A stretch of DNA of 64,000 nucleotides from Lama guanicoe (Eukaryota): assembly GCA_013239625.1 (NCBI GenBank), contig MU054032.1, forward strand, positions 124,001 through 188,000, written 5' to 3'. Numbering within the stretch: position 1 is the first letter of the stretch; every line of letters begins with the position of its first letter. Positions 1-12,600 of this stretch are shown here, in pieces. A program made the translations under genes and the position numbers. The notes beneath the pieces are model-generated. The model was not told where the DNA came from. It did no database searches and worked only from the letters and a program-made list of their open reading frames with translations.

Positions 1-503
1 CACTTCCATGACTTCCTGTCAAAAAGATGGCTTTGAGAACCTTATATAGACCCTGAGAGTGGGACTCTGGCCTTCCCTTGAGGGTGCAGAGGGGAAACAA
101 ACAGATGGAGAATGTTAAATGTTAGCATAGAGGGCTAATATCTAACATAGAGGGGTAACCTGGGCGAGGCGTTAAGAGGGCGGAGCTTCCACAGGGAGAA
201 TACTCCTCCAGGCTTGTGACTTGTTTTTTCTCACTAACTCTTTGTATCTCTACAAGACTTACTTTTTTAAAGACTATTTCTATAGAGTCACTGCCCAGGT
301 TAGGGGTATAACTCCTCCTTCTCTTCTCTTTTTTTCAACCTCCACTCTCCCTACCTGCCCCTACCTCCCTTCCCCCAGTACTTAGGTAGGAGAAGGGTAA
401 GTAGATGGAGGGGAGGGGGCGTTCCCTCTAGAAGATTCCAGGTGACATAACCTTGTTTAACCGCCAGTAATTTTTTTCCCCCTCTCTCTCCCCTCCTACA
501 GAA

Positions 504-639
504 ATGGAGGCAAACGACCATTTTAACTTTACTGGCCTTCCCCCTGCACCTGCTGCCTCAGGACTGAAACCCTCTCCCTCCTCAGGGGAGGGCCTCTACA
601 CTAACGGGTCTCCCATGAACTTCCCCCAGCAAGGGAAAA
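504..639 (+). CDS. BAZ2A: BAZ2A exon 2 (ATG at 504; acceptor AG at 500-501)
   Basis: MEANDHFNF...PQQGK; donor GTGAGT at 640. Confidence 0.95.
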
Positions 640-3600
640 GTGAGTGTGAGGGCCACACGGCCTGGGGAGGGAGTGGGCATCATTCCTTTAGAGCAGTTTG
701 ATGGGATAAGATTTGGCTCCCCTCTGGGATAACTACCTCATAACAGTTCTTTTGTGTCAGGTGGGAAGAAGGAAGTGAATCTTCAGAACTCTAGCTGCTG
801 GAGAGAAGTTAAGCTTCTAAGAATAAGTTGTAGGGGTTTAGGAAGCAACACTTTTAAGGTTGGAAGGGATTAGAAAAACATACTGGGTTTTTCATCCTAG
901 CTTGCTCTTTTGTAAGCCCTGTTCCCTGGCTACTGCCAGAGAGTGATGAGGTGGCTACTGCTTCTGATAACCAGGTTGGACCCGTAAGAGAGAGATAAAG
1001 GGCCAGCCCTCTGAGAAGCTGTTTTTAGAGGCTGGAGAAGCTGCCCATGGGACTGAGGGTGGAGCGGAATGGTGAATGCAGAATCATCCCAACCTTTCAA
1101 TTGTGCAGCAGAGAAGAGAGCAGTTGCTTGAAGTGCCTGTGCCACCTCCTGTCCTTGAGGATAGAAGATAGGGAAAGGGAGAGTATTAATGCTTACCTAG
1201 TTCCCCAGAGAGAAACATCTATAATCCCAGATGGAAGTGTTGCTGCCACGATCAGGTCTTTTCCTGGATTTGGCTTATCAGTTGTTCTGTACCATGGCTC
1301 TGCCAAGTACCTCTCTAATCTTGCCTTGGTTTCAGGTACTTTATACTTGGGAGCAGAGGGGAGCCCAAATGCTTCCCTCCTTCCTGGCAGCAGAAGAATA
1401 CTGCCACAGGCTTATATTTAACCACCTCTCCCTCCTGTCTTCCACAAGGGGGATGCAGATAGATAGAAGCTCCTTTATTTCTGGAGGACCCCCCTACCCC
1501 CTCCACATCTTCCCTGGAGCTTCCTTAGTATCCTGATTTCTTTTATTTGATTGTCCTCTAGTCCAGAGGCTGCCTTTGGTGTTTAGAACTGAAGTCTGCG
1601 GTACTGGTCATGCAGAGATTTCCCTCCCTGCATATTACCCTCCAGTGCCTATGGGGAGGGGCCAAGCCTAGCCTTCTGAGCTGGGATCTTGCTGCTGTGG
1701 TGACTGCAAATTCTATTCTTAGCCCAGCACAAAGTGCTGGATCTGCATGAGCCAGTGAGGTGGAGGCTGTCCCTTCTGGTGCCACTGCGGGGCCAAACAG
1801 GCACTGAGGAAGGCAGGGTGTGTGTGTTGGGGGTTGATTCTGGAGAATTTAGTCATGCCACTCCAAGGGAAGAATTCCTCTAGGGAATGAGGGTGGGGAA
1901 GAATGCAAGTCACTGTAGGGAGTCTGCAAACAGCTTCATTTAAAAAAAAAATTAAAAAGCCCTGAGCGTCAGCAGCAGCCAGTCCTCTGCTGGGGGCTTC
2001 TGCGGTAGGCCGGGAGGGTTCCCCAGCCCCTCCTCAGCAGCCGCAGCAGCAGCCATTAAGCTTATATCCAGGCATATCTGGGTTCGGTGTTCCCTGGAGA
2101 CTGATGAACTATAACTATAGTAGAGGGGGAATCCCCCTCCTCCTCACCTTCCCTTTTTCTAGTCAGTGCTGTTCCTTTAGTAGAATGGGTAGAATTACTT
2201 GCATACATATCTGTAACTGACCCTTTTCCCTCCTTCTCTGCCAGGTTTGAATGGGGATGTGAATGTTAATGGCTTATCTACTGTATCTCACACTACTACT
2301 TCAGGGATTTTGAACTCTGCTCCCCACTCCTCCAGCACCTCACACCTCCATCACCCCAACGTGGCCTACGACTGTCTCTGGAACTACTCACAGTACCCAT
2401 CTGCCAATCCTGGCAGCAACCTCAAGGACCCACCCCTTCTCTCCCAGTTCTCGGGGGGACAATACCCACTCAACGGCATCCTTGGGGGCAGCCGGCAACC
2501 TTCATCCCCAAGTCACAACACTAACCTTCGGGCTGGGAGCCAAGAGTTCTGGGCCAACGGTACCCAGAGCCCCATGGGGCTTAACTTCGATTCACAGGAA
2601 CTGTATGATTCCTTTCCTGACCAGAATTTTGAGGTGATACCCAATGGACCCCCTAGTTTTTTCACCTCCCCACAGACTTCTCCTATGTTGGGATCCAGCA
2701 TCCAGACCTTTGCACCCTCCCAGGAGGTAGGCGTTGGTATCCATCCTGATGAGGCGGCAGAAAAGGAGCTGACTTCAGTTGTGGCAGAGAATGGCACTGG
2801 CTTGGTAGGCAGCCTGGAGCTGGAAGAAGAGCAGCCAGGTATAACTGTGGGTCTGCGAGCTGGGTTGGAAGAGGGAAAATGGGGTTGTTGGGGGCCAGTG
2901 GCTTTTTGAGGTGAGGAAAACTTGTCTTTCCAGCTCTCTGCAGTGGAGGCTGATTTGCATGTGGTGATTAGCAGAGCCAAGTGGCTGGTGTTTTTGTGGC
3001 AGCAGCACCAGCTCAAGAGTGGGAGTGCAAATTATTTCAAGCTCATGCAGAGCTGCTGGCCTGGAGAGGGCAGGTGGGCGAGCCCAAAACAGCCCCAACA
3101 GACACCCTGCATCAAGAAGGGCTTCTTCTAAAATATAGGAAGGGTTTGGGGCACCAGCAGGAGGCAAAGAAGCCAATTTGGTTTGAGTGTATCAGGGCCA
3201 GACTGGCTGCTAAAGTGGGCTTGAGTTCTCGTAGTGACTGGCACACGGAGGAGAAGGAAGCAGGCAGAGCATACCATTGCTTGTCTGCTCACAGTTTTTG
3301 GTTTTTGTTGTTGTTAGTATCGGTACATGAGACAGTCCCTCTTATCTTTTCCCTCACCATCCTGTAAAATCACAGAATGTTTTCTGTTTACCACCTGTTC
3401 CTACTGAATGGGAGAAATAGCTGAGAACCTAAAGGGGTTCTTGTCTCAGACCCCACTCTCCTTTCCCGTCTTTACCTGCTGTAGGATTTTGTTAGTACAT
3501 CTTTACTCACCTAAAGTTCTTGGTATGATCAGTACCCAGCATAGGACTGGCACCCATAAATGTTCTTTCAGAATGAACATCCATCCCCCCAAAGATTGTC

Positions 3601-6600
3601 TATTATAGCTAAGTGGACCTGTTGAAGTCACTGGTTTTGACGTTTGCCCTCTCCTGGGGTTTCCTAGAACTAAAGATGTGTGGCTACAATGGCTCCGTCC
3701 CTTCTGTGGAATCATTGCACCAGGAGGTCTCAGTCTTGGTCCCTGATCCCACAGTGAGCTGCTTAGATGATCCTTCACATCTTCCTGACCAACTGGAAGA
3801 CACTCCAATCCTCAGTGAAGTCTCTCTGGAGCCATTCAACACTCTGGCACCAGGTAGGCTCCCTTCAACTTATCCATGCAGAGGGTAGCCTGCTTTTACC
3901 ACCTTGGAGAGATAGTAAGCCAGGAGAAATGTTTGGGAATTTGAGGTACTTGAGGCCTCCAGCTGATCCTGTGGCAGACCACAGCTTCCCGCCACTGGCC
4001 TGACTGGACCAGCTGCACTCTGAGCTGAATTGGTTCATTTCCCAGGTTCTCTCCCAGTGTTCCTTTTGGCCAAGAGTACTGGGCAGGGACTAATTACCAC
4101 ACCGTTGGTCTATTTGGGTTCTCACTAACTGAAAAGAAGGCAGTAGCCAGTGAACGACTACCTTTTACCCACTGAAATATAAGAAAGGCCTATTTATGAC
4201 AGATGCTAGAATTTTGTGTCAGTCTGTGGATTGATACAGAACCATTGCCTTTCCTTTGCCTATTATTAGAAAGAACCCATACACTATGGGAACTAAAATT
4301 GGATATATTCAGACTAGTATTTCTTAAGTCTTGCTTTCTTATTTTTTCCACCCCTGAAGAGCCAGTGAGTGGAGGACTCTACGGGATAGATGACACGGAG
4401 CTGATGGGTGCAGAGGACAAGCTGCCTCTTGAGGACAGCCCTGTGATCTCTGCCCTTGATTGCCCTTCCCTCAATAATGCCACTGCCTTCAGTCTCCTGG
4501 CAGATGACAGCCAAACTTCAGCCTCTATCTTTGCCAGCCCCACCTCTCCACCTGTCCTTGGGGAGTCTGTTCTGCAAGGTGAGTGAGGAGAGGTAGGACA
4601 GAGAGAGCCCTTACCTGGGAAAAAGAGAACAGGCCTTAGGGCTAGGAACTGTATGAGAGCACCTTGCTGGGAGCTGAGGTGGGCCATGGGATAGTGTATG
4701 GTGGGGCTGAAAAGGCACTCTTGACTTCTGCCCTGTGCCCAAAAGAACTTTTGAGACTTCGAGTTAGCAGGAAAAAGGAGGCCAGAGGCCTTTACTGGCT
4801 CCAGGTAAAATATTTCTTCACACAATGACAGCTGAAGCAGTTTTGCTCTTTAACCTTCATGAAGGGTAGGGGAGGACAGCCAGAGGCTACTTCTCTTTTT
4901 CCAACCCTAGGGGAAAGCCCTTGAAGTAACCTTGTTTGGCTTAGTCCAGGTCTGTCAGAGTAGATTCTCTTGTTTTATATAATCATCTTTCCTTTATCCA
5001 TCTTGTCCCTTTGGATTCTAGATAACAGCTTTGACCTGAATAATGGTAGTGATGCAGAACAGGAAGAAATGGAGACGGAGGCTTCAGACTTCCCACCACC
5101 TCTGACCCGGCCAGCCCCTGACCAGTCATCCACTATTCAGCTACATCCAGCAACCTCACCAGCAGTCTTGCCGACAGCCTCCCCGGCAGTCTCTCTGGCA
5201 ATTTCTCCAGCAGCCTCCCCGGAAATCTCTCCAGAAGTCTCCCCAGCAGTTTCTGCAGCAGCCTCCCTGGAAATCTCCCCGGTCGTCTCCCCAGCAGCCT
5301 TCCCAACAGTCTCTCCAGCTTCTTCAGCAGCCCTCCCACCAGCCTCCTCAGAAGTCTCCTTGATGGCCTCCCCAGTGACGTCCCCAAAACCATCCCCTGC
5401 AGCTTCCCCAGCAGCTGGCTTCCCAGCAGCCTCCCCAGCGAATAAGGATGTCAGCAGCTTCCCTGAAATGACTGCTGACCTGGAAGAGATCACTGGAGAA
5501 GGAGTCACTACCTCTGGTAGTGGTGAGTGTCTGGATTCTCTCCACCCCTAGCTGGTTCCAGAAAAATTTTCTGTCTCATGTGGCATTTAGCCCTACCCTG
5601 CTGGCCTGTTGTTTCAGTATTTTGCTTGAACTCTTTAACTTGGGTGTCCCCTGTCTTCTTCCCAAGGTGATGTTCTGAGGAGACGTATTGCTACCCCAGA
5701 AGAAGTTCGTCTTCCTCTCCAACATGGGTAAATGCTCTGGTTTGCTACGTGATCGACCTTTGACACATTTAATGAATGGCTGTAGGAAGAAGGGAAGGAG
5801 CTCCTCTCATCTGAGGTGGGGAGGAGTGGGCTAGACAAGAATGGATGAAAGGATAGTTATCTGCGATGATAAAATTTCTAGGTGTGAGATTCCTAGGCTT
5901 TCCTTCTTCCTGTCTCAGGGTCTTCCTCCCCTCACCCATTCTTTCCTGTCTTGTGGCCACTCAGTTTTTCCCTCCAGGGGCTATGGCTATTAACTTTTCC
6001 AAACTCAGCTAGTGAGCCTAGGGTTCGGATGTTCAATTTAGTTACCTTGTCCTGTATGCTTAGAGAAGGAATAGCAGTGAATGGGGAGTGGCTTAGTCGT
6101 GATGAAAGGGGGATTTTTTTTCTTTTTTTTAATGCACTTTGGAGAGGTAAGGGCAAGAACAGTATGTGACCAGCGTGAACAAGCCAGCTGACACTAAGGG
6201 CTTTGTAGGAATAACTGCCTTCCTGATCTTCCCTACCCCCTCCCCTCTAGGCTGCTTGTGGTCACGATGTCTGAGTTCTGCTTTAAATTTTGAGAGAAAG
6301 ATAAGGCTTAGTCTTAGAATAATCTGTTGCTCAGAACACAGAGTTCCTTACTAAACCCTGGCCAACGGAGTCATTTCATGGAGTCAGCAGTGAGTTTACT
6401 CTTCTGCTTGCCTCCCCACCTTCTGTCTTTGCTGCCTTCATTCTGTTAGGTCTTCATCCTCTTTACTGGAAACCTAGTGATTTGCCCTGAATGGTGTTAG
6501 GGAGGGGGTTTCTGGCATCTCATCTCACTGACTTTGTAGAGGGAGGGGTGGAGGTCTTTCTGGGCTTGTGCAGTTTGGTGTGTTGCTCTCCCTTAAAGCC

Positions 6601-9600
6601 CTGAGGAGCTTGTGGCTCAGGCCTGCCTTCTGGCCAGGCTTGTATCTCAGGATGCCTTTGCATCTACATGCAATTCTAGTGAGACAGGTGCGGGGAGAGC
6701 CGTCTGCTCAGTGGGCTTGGCTCCTGGGTGTGAGTGGGTAGGGGTGTGACCTGGCGGCAGGGCCCATGTGTTTCTCTGGCAGGTGGAGGAGAGAGGTGCG
6801 CATCAAGAAGGGCAGCCACCGATGGCAAGGGGAGACCTGGTACTACGGCCCCTGTGGGAAGAGAATGAAACAGTTCCCGGAAGTGATCAAGGTAATACTG
6901 CTTTCGTGGGCTTTTTAGGAAAGCACAGACTCCTTTTTTGGACCCAGTGGCAACAGGCTGGCAGTGTCTGCTCTGGGGCTTGTTCTGCTTGTGCTGTTGC
7001 TGGCCAAAGGCATGGTAGGGCTCTGATGTCACTGACGCCACTTCATCTCCTCCTTGTAGTACCTGAGCCGCAATGTGGTACACAACGTCCGTCGGGAGCA
7101 TTTCAGCTTCAGTCCCCGTATGCCTGTTGGAGATTTCTTTGAAGAGAGAGACACACCAGAGGTGCAGGCCCAAGGGTTAAATATGCTTTTTGTGCCTGAG
7201 AAAGGGTTGGTGGACAAGCCACAGCTTCCTCTCATGGGGTTTGGCGTTTCTAGGGCATTGAATGGTTCAGATGGCTTGGTGCTTTACATTAACTCCCTCT
7301 TGTTGTAACAAAGTCTTCCTCATTACCTTAGGGCCTGCAGTGGGTACAGCTCTCAGCAGAGGAGATCCCATCCAGGATTCAGGCAATTACTGGGAAACGG
7401 GGCCGACCTCGAAACACTGAGAAGGCCAAGACCAAGGAAGTCCCCAAGGTGAAACGGGGCCGAGGTCGGCCACCCAAGGTCAAAATCACCGAGCTGTTAA
7501 ATAAGACAGACAACCGCCTCCTAAAGAAACTGGAGACCCAAGGTACAGTGATATTTCTTATTTTGGGATTCTACTTACTCAGAAATGTTCAGTGTTCAGA
7601 AATGTATCAGAAATGTTGATGGGTTGCTAATGGCTGAGTGTCCCAGGAGAGTGACTGACATTATATGGACAGAGTGAATCTGAATTTCCCCTCCTGGAAA
7701 GCAGCCTCAGGATCCCAGTACTTTTGTGACTCTTTAACAACCATAACAACCAGTGTCTTTCTTGAGGTGCTGTTACTGGTGGAGCCTGGGCAGTCCTCAG
7801 AGGTAGTTAGGTGAGGAGAGAGTTTTCACGTCCTTTCTCACCTGTCTTACTGGTTTGAGCTGTCTTGTATATTTCCTACCTTATTCATTGCCACCATCAT
7901 GGAGGTTCAGAATTCACATCTGAATCCAAAAGATAATTAAATTAGCACTTTTTGTGGCGGGAAAGGTAGGAATGTCTAATTTTTCAGTAAATATTGCACT
8001 TACTCTGATATAGTATAAAGAATTTGAGATTTTTCAGAGTTGTCTGACTCCTCTTCAGAGTTCCAGCTCTGCCAGATTCTGACTGACCTCGAGCAAGTCA
8101 TTTATATTTAATAAAAGCCTATAGTGGTTCAACTATAGATAATACCTGTCTAACTTAGAGGGTTGCTGTGCAGATGTGGTGGTAGTAGTGTTTCTATGCC
8201 AGAACAGAAAAGGTACTGTCATATTAAAACACTCTATTGTTTACAGAACCACACTTCCCTTCTAAAAGGGAAGAAATTCAGATCTTTTAGTGGAGCAAGA
8301 CATAGGAGCTGGGCATAAGCAATAGCTATGTCAGGTTTGATCTGATTGTACTAAGGTGTCCATAATCTGAGGACCTTTCTTTCTGGCACGTTTTTGCTTA
8401 CTTGGCACTTCCAACTCAAGACTACCTTCTTTTCCTGGCAGTTTTTCTGTTTCCTTTCTTTGCTCTAGTCTGGGGGTTGCTGCCCTTGTCAGGTGGCCTG
8501 GGAGAGAGACAGGCTATAAGGCTACCTGCTGTTTTGGCCTCTAGGCCCCCTCTAAAGCAGGCCTATGTGTTCCAGGGTCTGGTGCTTTGGGGCAGGAGAT
8601 ACCATTTAAGTTCTTTGTGCTGCCCTCATCACAGTGCCTCTCCTACATTTTTTCCTCCCAAAATTTTATATATACTTGAAAAAAAAAGCCTTCTAGATTA
8701 TTCAGGAAGCCGCTTGGGAGGCCAGCTTTGTGACAGGCTGCTCTAGATGCTGGAGGCTGGTCTGCTTGCCTCACTGTTCATTTTCCTTTCTGCCCTCACA
8801 GAAACACTGAATGAGGAGGATAAAGCAAAGATGAGTAAAATCAAGAAGAAGATGAAGCAGAAAGTGCAACGTGGAGAGTGTCAGACTACTATCCAAGGGC
8901 AGGTGAGGGACATCAGAGAGATTACACAGGAGATTAATTTTTCCTACAGCCTGCTCCATCTTTTCTTCCTTCTCCCACGGCTGCCACCCGCCATGCAGCA
9001 GCATACCTTCCTTACCTGGGATTTGGGGGGGTCTTGATTTAGAGAATTGGGCTTGTTCAAGAATAATGTGGGCATCTCCAGGATGAGAGAATTGATCCAT
9101 TGCCAGTCCCTCATCCCATCTCTCACTCTCCTCCCCAGCACCCTTGTTTGTTTTTGAATCCTAGCCCAAGCAGTGATGCTTTCAGAGTTTGAGGAGAAAT
9201 GACTTCCCTTATGGTTTACAGGCCAGAAACAAGCGGAAACAAGAGACCAAGAGCTTAAAGCAGAAGGAAGCAAAGAAGAAGTCCAAGGTAGGTGCATGTA
9301 CACACAAGCATAACTTTGAAGTCACCAAACTGATTTTGCAAGATGTGTGAGTTGGTCTTGTTTTATAGTCATGTTTCTGGGTCTAAGGTGGGGAGGATGG
9401 GGACCAGGGAAGGGTGGTGATTCAGATCTTTATGGCACTCTTGGTTCCCCTCTCCCTTGGGTGGGTAGGCTGAGAAGGAGAAGGTAAAGACAAAGCAGGA
9501 AAAACTGAAGGAAAAAGTCAAGAGGGAGAAGAAAGAGAAGGTAAAAATGAAGGAAAAGGAGGAGGTGGCCAAAGCCAAGCCAACCTGTAAAGCAGATAAA

Positions 9601-12600
9601 ACACTGGCCACACAGAGGCGCTTGGAGGAGCGGCAGAGGCAGCAGATGATTTTGGAGGAGATGAAGAAGCCCACAGAGGACATGTGTCTGACTGATCACC
9701 AGGTAGTAAGGGGGTAATAACAGATCCTGGAGGGGCTGTCTGTGGAGACACTTGTAGTAAAGGAAGAACCTCCTAAATATCCCGTATGTTTGACAGAACA
9801 CCCTACCACTTTTATCCCTACAGCCCCTGCCTGACTTCTCACGCATCCCTGGTCTGATCCTGCCTAGTGGGGCCTTCTCAGACTGCTTGACCATCGTGGA
9901 GTTCCTGCACAGCTTCGGCAAGGTGCTGGGCTTTGACCCTGCCAAAGATGTACCTAGCCTGGGGGTCCTGCAGGAGGGACTTCTGTGTCAAGGTGACAGC
10001 TTGGGCGAGGTACAGGATCTGCTGGTGCGGCTTCTGAAAGCTGCGCTCTATGACCCTGGCTTGCCCCCCTATTGTCAGGTGAGGTCCTTTCCCTGGCAGG
10101 TTTGGAGGGCTTGGGATCCGGTAGTTTTCTCAGTCTTGTGTTCTCTTTAAGTTAAACGCATGGAAGCCCCTCCCCAAAGTGATCAGGACAAGGAAAGGGA
10201 GATTCAGAAATAGTCCCCAAATTAGTCTTTGACTTAATGATTTTTCGACTTTACAGTGGTGCAGAAGTAATACGCATTTGGTAGAAACTGTACTTTACAT
10301 TTTGAGTGTGGATCTTTTCCTGGGCTAGAGAAATGTAGTGCAGCACACTCTCATGACGCTGGGCAGCAGCAGCAAGTCACACCTCCCAGGCAGTCCTGCA
10401 GGCACTGACACACTTAGCACCACTCTGAACCTACACAGCCATTCTGTTTCTCACTTTCAGTACAGTCTTCAGTAGATTACCTGAGATAGTCAACACTGTA
10501 TTATAAAAAAGACGTTGTGTTAGATGGTTTTGCCCAACTCTAGGCTAACATAAGTGTTTGGAGGGTTTGCTAAGCTATCATGGTCTGTGGATTAGGTGTA
10601 TTAAATGCATTTTCAACCTACAGTATTTTTAATTTATGGTGGGTTTATTGGGATGTGATCCCAACATAAGTTGAAGAAGATCTGTATACTACCTGCTAGC
10701 TCTTCTTGTAATTTATTGGCTCTTTTCCTAGGTTACCTCTACCACTACTTTAAGATTTTAGGTCCTGGCTCCCTTGTCATTCTCTACGGGAACAAGGGGA
10801 GGAAGATACGTTTTCTTCCTGTTTCTGTTTTCCAGACCTCCCTCTGCTTATAGTTTGTTCATTTTATTTACTTCTTTTCTTTTGCATCTTTTCTTTTTCT
10901 TCTCTCATCTTATCCTAGCAACTTACATTCTTTTCCCTTTTCCTGTCTTAACCCCATAGTTCCTCTGTCTCTCCTCACTCCTATTGTGTTCTCCTCCGAA
11001 CAGTCCTTAAAGATCTTGGGGGAGAAGGTGTCTGAGATCCCACTGACAAGAGACAATGTGTCCGAGATCCTGCGCTGCTTCCTCATGGCATATGGAGCAG
11101 AGCCAGCCCTCTGTGACAGCCTGCGCACCCAGCCTTTTCAGGCCCAGCCACCCCAACAGAAGGCTGCTGTCCTGGCCTTCCTCGTGCATGAGCTCAACGG
11201 CTCCACCCTTATCATCAAGTGAGGGGCTGGGCTGGGATGGTTATTGTATGCCGTGGTCAGGATGGGGCCAGGGAGGGTTTTAGCCATCCAGAATCCTGGG
11301 AGATGTGTCCACTGCCATGCTCTGGATAAGCTGGTGTGAATTGAGACTGAATCTCATTTCCTCCCCTGGGAGAACCGAAGCCTTACTCTGCTGTTCATCT
11401 AATCTAGGCTCTGGGATGAAACTCCCTATTCAGCTGCAGCCCTTTTACCCTTGAGCCTCCCTTCTGTGTGTGTGCTGCTGCTTCTGCCTCAAAATCCCAT
11501 GCATTGTTCCCCTGCAGTGAGATTGACAAGACCCTGGAGAGCATGTCCAGCTACAGGAAAAACAAGTGGATTGTTGAAGGCCGGCTCCGGAGGTAGGGAC
11601 AGGACAGAGGGTAGGGCCCAGAGAGAGGAGAGAAGGGGGAAAGGGTGAAGCATAACCAGGACTTTTGCCTGGATCTCGATGTTCTTGGCCCCTCCCCTGA
11701 GATTGGGATGCTACCCCAGGGCTCAGGATGGCTTAGATTAAAGGTGTTTCTTTTTGTAGTGGTATTATGTCCCTCACCACGGTTTCCCTTAAATCTGTTT
11801 CAAGACTGAAAACTGCTCTGGCCAAGAGAACTGGACGACCTGAGGTAGAGCTTCAGGGGCCAGAGGAAGGCCTGGGGCGGAGGCGCAGTTCTCGGATCCT
11901 GGAGGAGACCAGTGGCATGGAAGAGGAGGAAGAGGAGGAGAGTACGGCTGCGGTCCATGGCCGTAGGGGCCGAAGGGATGGAGAGGTACTAGCCCAGATC
12001 AAGGAAAGTGGGAGTTGGAAAACATTTCTTTTTCTTGAATCTGATGATTCTCTTTCTTGCGGTGCCCACTTGTTTCTTCTCCAGGTTGATATCACAACAT
12101 CTAGCATCCCAGAGCTAGAGCGCCAGATAGAAAAACTCAGCAAGGTATTGTGCTTCTAACTCCCAGGAGCTAGAGATGGGGGCTGGGCAAGAACTGATCA
12201 CCTTATGAGTTGGGCCGAGATGGTATCATTTTTATAGGGAAGCTGAGAGCCACTGACCTCTTCCATATACTGGACAAAGTCACCACTGTCACCCTGGAAA
12301 TGTGTTTTTCATTCATCTTCCTTTTCCACTGCCTACCCAGCGTCAGCTCTTCTTTCGCAAAAAGCTGCTTCACTCATCCCAGATGCTTCGAGCCGTCTCC
12401 TTGGGTCAAGACCGCTACAGACGCCGCTACTGGGTGTTGCCCTATTTGACTGGTATCTTTGTGGAAGGAACAGAGGGGAGCTTAGGTAGGTGTGTTGTGG
12501 GACCCTGAATTGATTCCTGTCTGACAAAAACTAAACAATTCCTTTTCCTCTACCTAATCATCTCGGGCCTCTTCATTTTATGAGAATCATTATAGCACCG

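Noticed and set aside
2101..2221. TGATGA ... CTGA as a C/D box snoRNA
   Set aside because: No terminal stem or recognisable rRNA guide, and the CTGA sits at the exon 3 branch-point position.
5150..5440. Repeat array as a CRISPR-like structure
   Set aside because: Degenerate 12-bp coding tandem repeats with no unique spacers and no cas genes; the DNA is mammalian.
5133..5545. Three minus-strand ORFs with repetitive GE/RLL peptides
   Set aside because: Antisense shadows of the GC-rich tandem repeats in BAZ2A exon 6.
9369..9945. Minus-strand ORFs up to 171 aa rich in Phe/Leu/Ser
   Set aside because: Reverse complement of the purine-rich Lys/Glu exon 13; no independent coding signal.
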